Assembly (NCBI GenBank): GCA_963766645.1
Contig: CAVYAY010000003.1
Location: forward strand, 416,554-480,553
Reading direction: 5' to 3'
DNA: 64,000 nt
Origin: an uncultured Chloroflexia bacterium
GTDB lineage: Bacteria; Chloroflexota; Dehalococcoidia; DSTF01; WHTK01
Positions 27,003-35,886 of this stretch are shown piece after piece. The notes under the pieces were generated by a model that was not told the DNA's origin, ran no database searches, and worked only from the letters and a program-made list of their open reading frames with translations. Within the stretch, counting starts at the first letter, position 1, and every line of letters begins with the position of its first letter. The position numbers were made by a program, and so were the translations under genes.

Positions 27003-27530
27003 TCAAGATCGCGGGCCAAGTCTACTACCGCGCGTGCCGCGTGAGTAGTAAATCGACTCCGCAATCCTCAGCAGCACGCCGGCCGTCAGCTCGCCACTCG
27101 CCAGCAGGAAGTGCATCTCGCCGTCCGACCACGTCACCACCGACGGCATCCGCCCATCCGGGTCGTCCGGCGGCACCTCCGGGCCCATCTCGTACGACCG
27201 GCCCTCGTGCCCCGCCACCTGCACCTCGTGCGGCTCGCGGCCGTATCGCAACTCCAGCGCCCGCCGCAAAGCGTCAGCCTTCGTGCTACGAACCTCGCTT
27301 AGCACGAAGCCGCCGTAGTGCGCCTCCAGCGTCCGGTCACCGATCGCCAGGTCTTTCTGCCGGTGGTCCCGCACGTGTACCCGCAAGCTCTGCAGCGAAT
27401 AGCCCACTGTATCGCGCGGCTCCACCGGCGTGAACGCCAGCATCGCCGCCGCCTCCCGCCAGTCCGCGGCCTCCGCGAAATGCTCGTTCCTCATCAAACT
27501 ACCCACAGGAAGATCGGCTCTGATCTGCAA
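27003..27530 (-). CDS. Hypothetical protein
   Basis: 175-aa ORF with ordinary composition, in the same-strand cluster. No family recognised. Confidence 0.45.
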   Translation of the reverse strand: MQIRADLPVGSLMRNEHFAEAADWREAAAMLAFTPVEPRDTVGYSLQSLRVHVRDHRQKDLAIGDRTLEAHYGGFVLSEVRSTKADALRRALELRYGREPHEVQVAGHEGRSYEMGPEVPPDDPDGRMPSVVTWSDGEMHFLLASGELTAGVLLRIAESIYYSRGTRGSRLGPRS

Positions 27531-27539
27531 AATCTGTCG

Positions 27540-27881
27540 CTAAGTCGAGCCCTCCGGATACCGCGCGCTCACCCGGATTTGCGCCACCGCCATCAACGTA
27601 TCGAACTCTGCCACGGCCAGCCCGCCCGCCACTGCGCGGACCGTCACCTCGCCATGCGGCAACTCCGCCTTCACCGCCTCGATGTCCACCTCCGACGGCT
27701 CCGGCACCCCGATCGTCACGTCCACCAGCATCGTCCCGCCGCGCTCCCGTATCTGCTGCAGCAGCGGCAAACTCGAATGCCGGATCGCGTCCGACACCGC
27801 CCGCCGCGCCGCTTTCGTGGCGTCCCCGCCGTGCACGTCGATCCCCATCCCGAACTCCAGCACCATCGCCTGCTCAGCCAT
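27540..27881 (-). CDS. Lin0512-family small conserved protein (tentative)
   Basis: 113-aa ORF with AGGAGGG upstream. ...GIDVHGGDATKAARRAVSDAIRHSSL... resembles my recollection of the Lin0512_fam (TIGR02058) pattern. Confidence 0.5.
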   Translation of the reverse strand: MAEQAMVLEFGMGIDVHGGDATKAARRAVSDAIRHSSLPLLQQIRERGGTMLVDVTIGVPEPSEVDIEAVKAELPHGEVTVRAVAGGLAVAEFDTLMAVAQIRVSARYPEGST

Positions 27882-28078
27882 CGAATCCCTCCTGTGCCAT
27901 CGATTCTACGAAAAACGCTGCAGAGACTTGCCAGGCTCGGCGTGACTCGGCACCAACGGCATGCCTGCACGGCCCAAACGGGGAATCGGCACCTCGGAAC
28001 GATTAGCTTCTAAAGACGGCGACTCGGATTAGCGGCATGAGGTTGCAGGACCAGGCGCCCGCAATGCTCCGTAATTCC

Positions 28079-29242
28079 CTACCGCGCCTCGCTAATCGAA
28101 TGCAGCGTCCGCGCCTTCGCTGCCTGCGCCGACACCGCCTCCTGGATCACCCGGTCGATCACCTCCACCGACGTGACCCCCTCCAGCTCCCAGAAGTACA
28201 GCGCCAGCGACCCCGGTATTGCGTTGACCTCGTTGATGTAAACCTTCCAACCGTTCGGGTCGACCAGGAAATCAACCCGCGCCACGCCGTTGAAGTTCAG
28301 CTCCGTGTACGCCAGCCGCGCCATCTCCTGCACCCGCGCTGCTACGTCGTCCGGGATGTCGGCCGGGATCACCCGCCGCGCCGCCGCCATCCCATCCTGT
28401 TTGCCACCCCGCAGATATTTCGTCGCGTAGTCCAGCACCTCGTCGTCTTTAATCGGGCGCTCGCACCGCGACACGTAGACGCCGCGCGTGTCCCGCAGCA
28501 CCGACACGTTGATGTCCATCCCGCCGTCGACCCCGCGCTCGATGATGCAGCGCCGGTCGTACGCCAGCACCGTGTCCACCGCAAACGCCAGCTCGTTCGC
28601 CGCGCCGACTCGAGACACACCAATGCTTGATCCTAATGTGGCCGGCTTCGCGTACACCGGCCAGCCCAGCATCGCCGCCTTCTCAACGATCGGTCCCTGC
28701 TCCAGCCCCCACGACGCCCGGTCGATCCAGAACCCGTCGACCACCGGCAGCCCCAGGCCTCTGAACGCCGCCTTCGCCGCGATCTTGTCCATCGAGACCG
28801 CCGCCGACGTCATATTCGGCCCCACGTAGGCCACGTCTGCCAGCTCGAAAACACCCTGCAACGAACCGTCTTCGCCATGCGTCCCGTGCATCACCGCGAA
28901 CGCCACGTCCACCTCGAGCGGTGCGACGCGCTCGCCGATTCCCGGCGTACTGCGCAACGTCGAAAGCAGACGGCCCTTCTCCGCCGAGAGCAGTACCCGG
29001 CGTCCCTTGTCGCGGGCAAACGCGTCGAACGAGGCCGGGTTCAGCGGCAGCCCGGCATGCACCGACACGTCGAACTCAGGCACCAGGAAGTAGTCGCCCT
29101 TCTCCGAGCAGTACACCGGCAGCAGGTCGTACTTGCCACGGTCCATCACGTTCATGACCTGCGCCGCGGTCACGATTGACACGCCGTGCTCCACGGACCG
29201 CCCGCCAAAGAACACCGCGACCTTGAGCCTCCCCTGATTCAC
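28079..29242 (-). CDS. ddl: D-alanine--D-alanine ligase family protein
   Basis: 387-aa ORF. N-terminus KVAVFFGGRSVEHGVSIVTA and ATP-grasp body (...HGTHGEDGSLQG..., ...VNEVNAIPG...). Confidence 0.9.
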   Translation of the reverse strand: MNQGRLKVAVFFGGRSVEHGVSIVTAAQVMNVMDRGKYDLLPVYCSEKGDYFLVPEFDVSVHAGLPLNPASFDAFARDKGRRVLLSAEKGRLLSTLRSTPGIGERVAPLEVDVAFAVMHGTHGEDGSLQGVFELADVAYVGPNMTSAAVSMDKIAAKAAFRGLGLPVVDGFWIDRASWGLEQGPIVEKAAMLGWPVYAKPATLGSSIGVSRVGAANELAFAVDTVLAYDRRCIIERGVDGGMDINVSVLRDTRGVYVSRCERPIKDDEVLDYATKYLRGGKQDGMAAARRVIPADIPDDVAARVQEMARLAYTELNFNGVARVDFLVDPNGWKVYINEVNAIPGSLALYFWELEGVTSVEVIDRVIQEAVSAQAAKARTLHSISEAR

Positions 29243-29427
29243 ACCGCAATCCTACGTTCGCCCCGCCCTACTGTCACCGCCGCCTCGGCGCGGTCATTGC
29301 GGGGAGGCGCCAGCCGAGGGGCAACCTCAGGTCCCCACCAACCCCCAAACCGCAGTCCACCCAACGCCTTTCCCAAGAAGACTTGCCGAGGTTCTCCAGC
29401 CTCGGCGTCATCAGACCTCCAACGTCC

Positions 29428-29463
29428 CAACCACGAAGCTGCAGGTTTCAACCTGCAGAGTCC
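29428..29463 (+). repeat. R2 hairpin repeat copy (perfect 8-bp stem CTGCAGGT-TTCA-ACCTGCAG)
   Basis: caaccacgaagctgcaggtttcaacctgcagagtcc. Confidence 0.7.
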
Positions 29464-29509
29464 TTCATCCGCGCAAACGGCTCGTCAGTCGCGAGGCTCA
29501 GGCAGAGTC

Positions 29510-29542
29510 AGTGGGGGCGCAGGACGCGCGGCTTTCGGCGCC
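29510..29542 (+). repeat. R1 element, internally deleted mini-copy
   Basis: gtgggggcgcag|gacgcgcggctttcggcgcc joins the R1 5' end to its 3' tail (compare 38803-38814 and 38900-38920). Confidence 0.55.
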
Positions 29543-29563
29543 CGTCATCACCGAGACCCACCG

Positions 29564-31276
29564 TCAAATCACCAATGTCTCGTCGAACTGGTCCGGCAGG
29601 TCATTCGCATACAACACCACGTCCCCCGCCGCCCCCATCCTCCCAAGCGCCTCGCGCGCCTCGTCCAGACTCCGCGTCACGTGCAACGATCCCTCCGGAA
29701 ACGACGCCTCCAGCATCGCCTGCCTGATGTCCGACGTCTGCTTCGGCCCCACCAGGAACGCCACGTCCACGTTCGCCGCCGCAGCTCTACCAATTCGAGT
29801 GTGATACTCCGCCTTCGCCCGGCCCATCTCGATCAGGCCCGGTGTCACCAGCACTCGACGCCGCGGCGCGTACCGCCCCAGCACCTCTATAGCGCCGATA
29901 ATCCCCTCCGGATTCGCGTTGTACGCGTCGTCCAGCACCGTAATCCCGTTCGCTTCCATCGGCTGCAATCGATGCTCCGGCGGGCGAAACTGCCGTATCG
30001 CGGCCGCCATGTAGCCCAGCTCCAGCCCGCAGCTCAGTCCCACTCCGATCGCCGCCAGCACGTTCGTAGCGTTATGTCGAGCCAGCAGCTGCGTGACGAC
30101 GTGCGCCGTTTCGCCCCCGAAGCTCACGTACAATTCGATCCCGTTATCCGTCTCGACAATGTTGCTGCCTCGCAGTTCCGCCTCTACGGACTCCACCCCA
30201 AAAGAGATCAATCCGATGCCGCCGTAGGCCGACGCCCGCTCCTCGATCGCCGCCACGTCGAAGTTCAGCACCGCCGTGCCGCCCGGCTTCAGCCCCTCGA
30301 CGATCTCCCACTTCGCCGCCGCTGTCGCCTCGAGCGACCCGAACCGCTCCAGGTGCTGCGCGTTTACCGTCGTGATCGCGCTCACGTCCGTGCCGCCCAC
30401 CAGCCGGCACAGCTTCTCGATCTCGCCCCGCCTGTACGCCCCCATCTCGACCACGAAGTACTCTTGCCCCTGCAACGAGTCGTTCACCGTCCGCGCGATC
30501 CCCAGGGGCGTATTAAAGCTCGCCGGTGTCTTCAACACTCGATACCGAGCCGACAGCAGGTGCGCCACCAGCTCCTTCGTCGTCGTCTTCCCTGCGCTCC
30601 CCGTGATCGCGATGATTCGCGGCCGCTGCTCCTGCAGCTTCGCCGCCGCCATCGACTGGAACCGCCGCCGCGACCGCTCCTCGAACGGCCACAGCGCCAG
30701 GTTCGCCAATAGGACCAGATGCCCGGGCAGCACAGCCACCAGCGTCGCGCCGAAGATGCCCAGTACCAGCCCATCGCGCGTTCCCTGTAGCAGCCCGAAT
30801 CCGAGACCCAACGCCACGATTCCCACGCCCAGAACGATTGCGATCACGAATATTCGTCGAGCTCGCGCCGTCATCACCAGTGGCTTCTTTGCCTTCGAGC
30901 CCGACCGATACTGGAGCCCCAGCATCGAAAGCCCTGTCGCCAACCAGACCGCCGATCCGACGACCGCCACCGATTCCGAGGCGAACCCCGCTAGCCAGAT
31001 CCCAAGAACCAGCCCGCCAACAGCCGGCACCAGGAACGGAAGCCGTAGATAACGGTCCGGGTGGTCCTGAAGCCACCACAGATACTGCCGCGTCAAATAC
31101 TCCTCGAGCTGCAGGATGTGCAGAAACCGCCGAGCCCGCAGCACCGTCAGCACCCCCCAAGGTGCCAACCCCACCCCAAACACCAGCCACGCTTCAGTCA
31201 CGCGTGAGCTCCGGCTGTGCGCGAGTAACCCAACATCGCTGTGTACGACAGCAAGGGTAGCGGGAGCGCAGCCCAC
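29564..31276 (-). CDS. MurF-like Mur ligase (middle and C-terminal domains) fused to an N-terminal polytopic membrane domain
   Basis: The C-terminal ~380 aa read ...IIAITGSAGKTTTKE..., ...VLDDAYNANPEG... and ...VTPGLIEMG..., which is MurF-like. The N-terminal ~190 aa carry about 5 hydrophobic helices in place of the MurF N-domain. Alternative start at GTG 31201. Confidence 0.8.
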   Translation of the reverse strand: MGCAPATLAVVHSDVGLLAHSRSSRVTEAWLVFGVGLAPWGVLTVLRARRFLHILQLEEYLTRQYLWWLQDHPDRYLRLPFLVPAVGGLVLGIWLAGFASESVAVVGSAVWLATGLSMLGLQYRSGSKAKKPLVMTARARRIFVIAIVLGVGIVALGLGFGLLQGTRDGLVLGIFGATLVAVLPGHLVLLANLALWPFEERSRRRFQSMAAAKLQEQRPRIIAITGSAGKTTTKELVAHLLSARYRVLKTPASFNTPLGIARTVNDSLQGQEYFVVEMGAYRRGEIEKLCRLVGGTDVSAITTVNAQHLERFGSLEATAAAKWEIVEGLKPGGTAVLNFDVAAIEERASAYGGIGLISFGVESVEAELRGSNIVETDNGIELYVSFGGETAHVVTQLLARHNATNVLAAIGVGLSCGLELGYMAAAIRQFRPPEHRLQPMEANGITVLDDAYNANPEGIIGAIEVLGRYAPRRRVLVTPGLIEMGRAKAEYHTRIGRAAAANVDVAFLVGPKQTSDIRQAMLEASFPEGSLHVTRSLDEAREALGRMGAAGDVVLYANDLPDQFDETLVI

Positions 31277-31378
31277 GCACGGGCAGCTCGAGGGGTGTCC
31301 CCTCGGAACGGCTTCGTTCTAAAGAGGGAGAAGCAGATGAGCCGAGAGGCAAGGACCCGCAGCCCTCGACACTCCAAG
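31255..31378 (+). repeat. R1 interspersed element, divergent full copy E
   Basis: ggtagcgggagcgcagcccacgcacgggcagctcgaggggtgtcccctcgg...ttctaaagagggag... Confidence 0.7.
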
Positions 31379-31390
31379 GAAGTCCACCCT

Positions 31391-32228
31391 TCACGCCAGA
31401 AACGACGCCACCGCCTCCGCGAACGCCTCCGGCTGATCCAGGAAAGGGAAGTGCCCCGCACCCTCCAGCGTCACCAGCCGAACGTCCTCCAGCTCCGCCA
31501 TCGCCTCCTCCGCCACGCCGCAACGGCACCTCCGTGTCCAACGACCCCCAGATCAGCAGCACCGGCGCCTGCACCGACGCCAGCAACGGCCGCATATCCT
31601 CATTCACGACGCGCACCAGCGTCGGCCGCAAGACTCCCGCCGACTTGTAGTCCGCCGAACCGAACCGCTCTCGTCCCCACGAAAGCATGCGCTCCCGTAA
31701 CGGCGGCAGAAGCGTCGCCGCACGGCGCAGCATCGCGAACCGCCGGCTGCGACGCCGCACGCCCGGCTCCAGCGGCAGCTGGACGATCGGAGACGCCACG
31801 ATGACCAGTCTCTTCACCAGCTCCGGATACGCCGTCGCCAGCGCGAGCGCCACCTTGCCACCAAACGAATGCCCCAACACATTCACCGACTCGAACCCTG
31901 CAGATCGCGGCAGCCCGGCGATAGCCCGCGCGTACTCCGCCGAACCCCACGCCTCCGGCGGCGGCTCACTAAATCCGAACCCCGGCAGGTCCGGCACCAG
32001 GGTCCGGTACTTCTCTTCCAGCAGACTCGCCGCGCCCATGAAGCTCAGCGAGCTCTGACCCCAGCCGTGCAGCATCAGCAACGGCTCGCCATCGGCCTTG
32101 CCGCGCAAGCGAAACTGCACACGCAGGCCCTCGACGTCTGTGAAATGCTGCGGGCTAACGACCATGGCGCTTCGATTGTCCTCTACGCCGCCCCGCCATT
32201 CAACGCGCTCTTTCTGATCCGAGCCCAC
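31391..32228 (-). CDS. Alpha/beta hydrolase, one frameshift near 31525
   Basis: ...LLMLHGWGQS..., GHSFGG nucleophile elbow. The tail ...VAEEAMAELEDVRLVTLEGAGHFPFLDQPEAFAEAVASFLA-stop (31391-31393) lies in the adjacent frame. Confidence 0.75.
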
Positions 32229-32237
32229 AAAGGATCC

Positions 32238-32636
32238 CTACTCCCGCTCCGCCCGCACGACCTCCTCGACCAGGAATTCAAAATAGGAAGTCGCCTCGGA
32301 GAGCCCGAAACGCTCCTTCTCAAAGCTCAACCGCGGCCCGCCCGCTTCGTAATACAGCACCTTCAGTCCACCGCCGTTCGGCCAGCCTGTCCGCACCGTC
32401 CGGCCCGCCCCGCCTGCCAGCCGGGACCCGCTCTCTGGCAGGTCGTCGCGAAACTGCGGCAGGTTATGCGGATTCGGTGGCGGAGGGACGAAATCGGGAC
32501 GCAGCTTCAGCAGTTCCAGGTACGTCTCAGCGCACAACCGCGCCGCATCGCCATACGTCCCGTCTTCCAGCAAGGCATCCACACGCTCCAACGCCTCCCG
32601 AAATCCCGCGTCCTTGATGTCAGCAGTACTCGCCAT
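32238..32636 (-). CDS. Hypothetical protein
   Basis: 132-aa ORF with normal composition. No family recognised. Confidence 0.45.
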   Translation of the reverse strand: MASTADIKDAGFREALERVDALLEDGTYGDAARLCAETYLELLKLRPDFVPPPPNPHNLPQFRDDLPESGSRLAGGAGRTVRTGWPNGGGLKVLYYEAGGPRLSFEKERFGLSEATSYFEFLVEEVVRAERE

Positions 32637-32672
32637 CTGGCGCTCTCTTGCCTACGGCTTGCCGTATGTCCT

Positions 32673-33881
32673 CTAGATCGTGCTGTTGATCTCGAACTTC
32701 ACGCCGTCCAGCTGCTCCTCGCGCCATTTCTGCTGCAGGTGGTGCCGCTCCTTGAACTCCGGCATTACCTCCCGCGCGAACAGCTCCAGCGACTCCATGA
32801 TGTGTTCGTGCTTGCGGTCGCCGCATTGCAGGATGAACAGCAGCATGTCTACGTTCGCCGCCTCGTACTTCCGCACGTTCTCCCGGATGTACTCCGTCGA
32901 ACCGATGAACATCCCCCGGCGTCCCGACCGCTGCAGCGCCCGCGCCCCCTCGTCCTCCGGTTCCTCCGCAAGCGCCACCTCTGCTGCCGCCTTGCTCTCC
33001 GCACTCTCGACGCGCCGCCTGAACTCACGGTAGACGTTGTCGTGCCCGTGCTGCACCGGCCCGTGCGTCCAGCCGAAGGAGAAGCCGAAGAACTGCGCCC
33101 CGCTCATACCTTTCTCCATCGCCTCGTCGTCTGTCCGCGCGCACATCAGGTTACCCAGCGTCACCAGCGCCGGGTTGATCGCCAGGCCCAGTGGCCGTCG
33201 TATCCCCCGGATCAGCTCGTAGTAGCGCTCGACCCGCTCCTGCGCCTCCTCCGGCGTCTCGAACCCGAAGCCCAACGCGCCGAGACCCAGGCGCCCGGCC
33301 AGCATGACCGTCTCCCGCCGCGACGCCGCGACCCACACCGGCGGGTGCGGCTTCTGCAGCGGCTTCGGGATCACGTTGCGCTGCGGCATGCTGAAGTGCT
33401 CGCCCTCGTAGCCCGGATACGGTGTCGAGGTCATCATCCGCAGGCACTCCCGCGTCGATTCTTCCCACGCGTCCTTCTTCAGACGCTGCTCCGTCAGGAA
33501 GCCGCCCAGCTCGGTGCTCGTCGCGCCCTCGCCCGTCCCGAACTCGACACGCCCGTTCGACAGCAGGTCCAGCGTCGCTATCCTCTCCGCCACACGCGCC
33601 GGGTGGTTCTGGTTCGGCGGCATCTGGACGATGCCATGGCCGAGGCGAATGTGCTGCGTACGCGCCGCTGCCGCGCCAAGGATCACCTCGGGCGCCGACG
33701 AGTGGCAGTATTCCTCGAGAAAGTGGTGCTCTACGTCGAAGACGTAGTCGTAGCCCAGCTTGTCGGCGAACTCGATCTGCTCCAGCGTCTCCTGGACGAT
33801 CCGATGCTCGTCATCCGGGTTCCATTGATCCTTGTCCGCGGGTCTCGGTAGCTGTAGTTCGTAGAAAAGCCCGAACTTCAT
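32673..33881 (-). CDS. LLM-class (luciferase-like) flavin-dependent oxidoreductase
   Basis: 402-aa ORF. MKFGLFYELQLPRP..., ...VFDVEHHF..., ...GRVEFGTGEG... Confidence 0.85.
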   Translation of the reverse strand: MKFGLFYELQLPRPADKDQWNPDDEHRIVQETLEQIEFADKLGYDYVFDVEHHFLEEYCHSSAPEVILGAAAARTQHIRLGHGIVQMPPNQNHPARVAERIATLDLLSNGRVEFGTGEGATSTELGGFLTEQRLKKDAWEESTRECLRMMTSTPYPGYEGEHFSMPQRNVIPKPLQKPHPPVWVAASRRETVMLAGRLGLGALGFGFETPEEAQERVERYYELIRGIRRPLGLAINPALVTLGNLMCARTDDEAMEKGMSGAQFFGFSFGWTHGPVQHGHDNVYREFRRRVESAESKAAAEVALAEEPEDEGARALQRSGRRGMFIGSTEYIRENVRKYEAANVDMLLFILQCGDRKHEHIMESLELFAREVMPEFKERHHLQQKWREEQLDGVKFEINSTI

Positions 33882-34051
33882 CGCCGCTCACCCCTCATTA
33901 CCGCCGATTATAGGCCTCTCGCGCCCGCACCTACTTGACATGCCCTCCCCGCATTCATACCTTGCAAAAGCCATCCTGCGGCTGCCCGAGGGGTCAGGCA
34001 GCCGTGTCCCCGACTACGTCTCGCATACTACGACTAGGAGGTCACATCCCC

Positions 34052-35681
34052 TTGGCAAACGCTACCGACTTCCCGATTCCGGCCGATCTCGCAAGGTTTC
34101 TGGATCTGGGACCGCCTCCACTGTCCCAGGCCGCTGACGCCCCTGGAGCACGAGCTCCTCGTCCAGTCCACCGGCACCGGCTTCACCAAGGCCATCGGCG
34201 AAATGGGCTCCGGCATCATCGCCGTCTGCGAGATGTACAACTACTACGCCTACCTCTGTGGCGTCGCGAGACCCCTCGGCCCCGGCGAAACCCAGGAGCA
34301 GCGCAACGCTGCCTACGAAAAGAGCGTCGCCGAGCTCAAGCCCATGGTCGGCGATAAGTGGACCAACGAATGGCTCCCCGAGATGAAGGCCAAACTCGCC
34401 CGCGGCCGCAACACAGATTACTCCGGCTACCCCGACAAGGGCCTCCTGGCACGCTTCGACGAGATGCGCAACGAGGTCCTCGACCGCTGGTATATCCACG
34501 GCCTCCTCCTCTACTCATTCGCCGCCGCCAACGACTTCTCCGACTTCTACAAGGAACACATCTCCAGGGGCAGCTCGATGGAGGGCTACGAGGCGCTCCA
34601 GGGCTTCGAAACCGAGGCCACCAAGAGCTCCCGCGGCCTCTGGAAGCTCAGCCGTACCGTCCGCGCCAACCCGGAGCTCAAGGCCCTCTTCGAAAAGTCG
34701 ACCCCGCAGGAGATCGCGAAGGCACTCCCCAGCAGCGCCGCCGGCAAGGCCCTGCTCAACGACCTCAACGCGTACCTCGAGGATTACGGTTGGCGCGCCG
34801 ACAGCGTTTACGAGCTCACCCAGCCCGCATGGCGCGAAGACCCCAGCATACCGCTCGGCGCCGTCCAGGGCTTCATCACCATCGATGACTCGAGCGGCCC
34901 CGAGTCGCAACTCGCGGCTGCCATCAAGCGGCGCGAGGAGCTCCTTGCGGACGCCCGCAAGAAGCTCGCCGGCAGCCCCGACCTCTTGAAGCAGTTCGAG
35001 TCCCTTTACGACGCAGCCAAGAGCTTCACACCCATCGTCGAGGACCACAACCACTGGATCGACCAGATGGGCGACATCACCATGCGCTACCCCTGTCTCG
35101 AGATCGGCAAGCGCCTCACCGCCCGCGGCCTGCTCGACGCACAAGAAGATGTCTTCTTGCTCTACTCCAGTGAACTGCACCTGGCGATGGCCGGTAACGA
35201 CTACCGCGACGTCGCCAGGCAACGCAAGGCCGACATCGCCAAGTACGCCAAGATCGTCCCGCCGCCCGCCATGGGGGTGCCCGCGCCGCCCACCGGAGAC
35301 CCGGTTGAGGACGTCCTCGTGCGCTTCTTCGGTGCCCCGGTTGAGCCCAGCGCCGACCCCAGCGTCCTGCAGGGCATCGCCGCCGCGCCCGGCCTCGTCA
35401 CTGGCGTCGCGAAGGTCGTCAAGACCCTCGACGAGGCCAGCAAGCTCTCCCAGGGTGACATCATGGTCTGCGAGATGACCCTCCCGCCGTGGACGCCCTT
35501 GTTCAGTACCGTTAGCGCTGTCGTCGCCGACACCGGCGGTATCCTCAGCCACTGTGCCATCGTTGCCCGTGAATACCGCATCCCCTGCGTCGTCGGCACC
35601 GGCGTCGGCACCATCACAATCAAAGACGGACAGACCGTCACCGTCGACGGCTCGAAAGGAATAGTCCGTATCGAGTCCTGA
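34052..35681 (+). CDS. PEP-utilising enzyme family protein (PEP synthase/PPDK-like mobile-domain protein), one frameshift near 34098
   Basis: C-terminal phosphohistidine swivel domain (...TGGILSHCAIVAREYRIPCVVGT...). The N-terminus M-ANATDFPIPADLARF starts at TTG 34052 (AGGAGG upstream) and continues in the next frame as WIWDRLHCPRPLTPLEHELL... Confidence 0.8.
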
Positions 35682-35750
35682 CGACTCCACCGCGAGCCAT
35701 CGAGCGTCAGCTCGAGGCGAAGCAATCCCGGACCATGCACACCGCAAAAG

Positions 35751-35779
35751 GAGAGGCCCTCTGAGTGAGGGCCTCTTTC
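35751..35779. terminator. Bidirectional intrinsic-terminator-like hairpin between convergent genes
   Basis: AGAGGCCCTC-TGAGT-GAGGGCCTCT, a perfect 10-bp stem. It is followed by TTT on the + strand and CCTTTT on the - strand. Confidence 0.55.
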
Positions 35780-35783
35780 AATC

Positions 35784-35817
35784 TACTGCTTTCCGTAGGC
35801 TACTGCTTTCCGTAGGC
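35784..35817 (+). repeat. Perfect 17-nt tandem duplication
   Basis: tactgctttccgtaggc occurs twice in a row. Confidence 0.8.
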
Positions 35818-35886
35818 AGAGGATAACCCTGCTCTGAGCTTGTAACGGTGAAGGATCACGAGCCCCGTCCAACCAGGATCGAGCCC

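Noticed and set aside
29186-30712. 508-aa plus-strand ORF over the ddl start and the MurF-like gene
   Set aside because: It is antisense to MurF-type motifs, has low-complexity Arg/Pro/His composition, and runs across a repeat-filled intergenic region.
31869-33851. 660-aa plus-strand ORF, the longest on this strand
   Set aside because: It is antisense to the alpha/beta hydrolase, the 132-aa hypothetical gene and the LLM oxidoreductase. It has an extreme Arg/Leu/Pro/His composition and spans three real genes, so it is a GC-driven shadow ORF.
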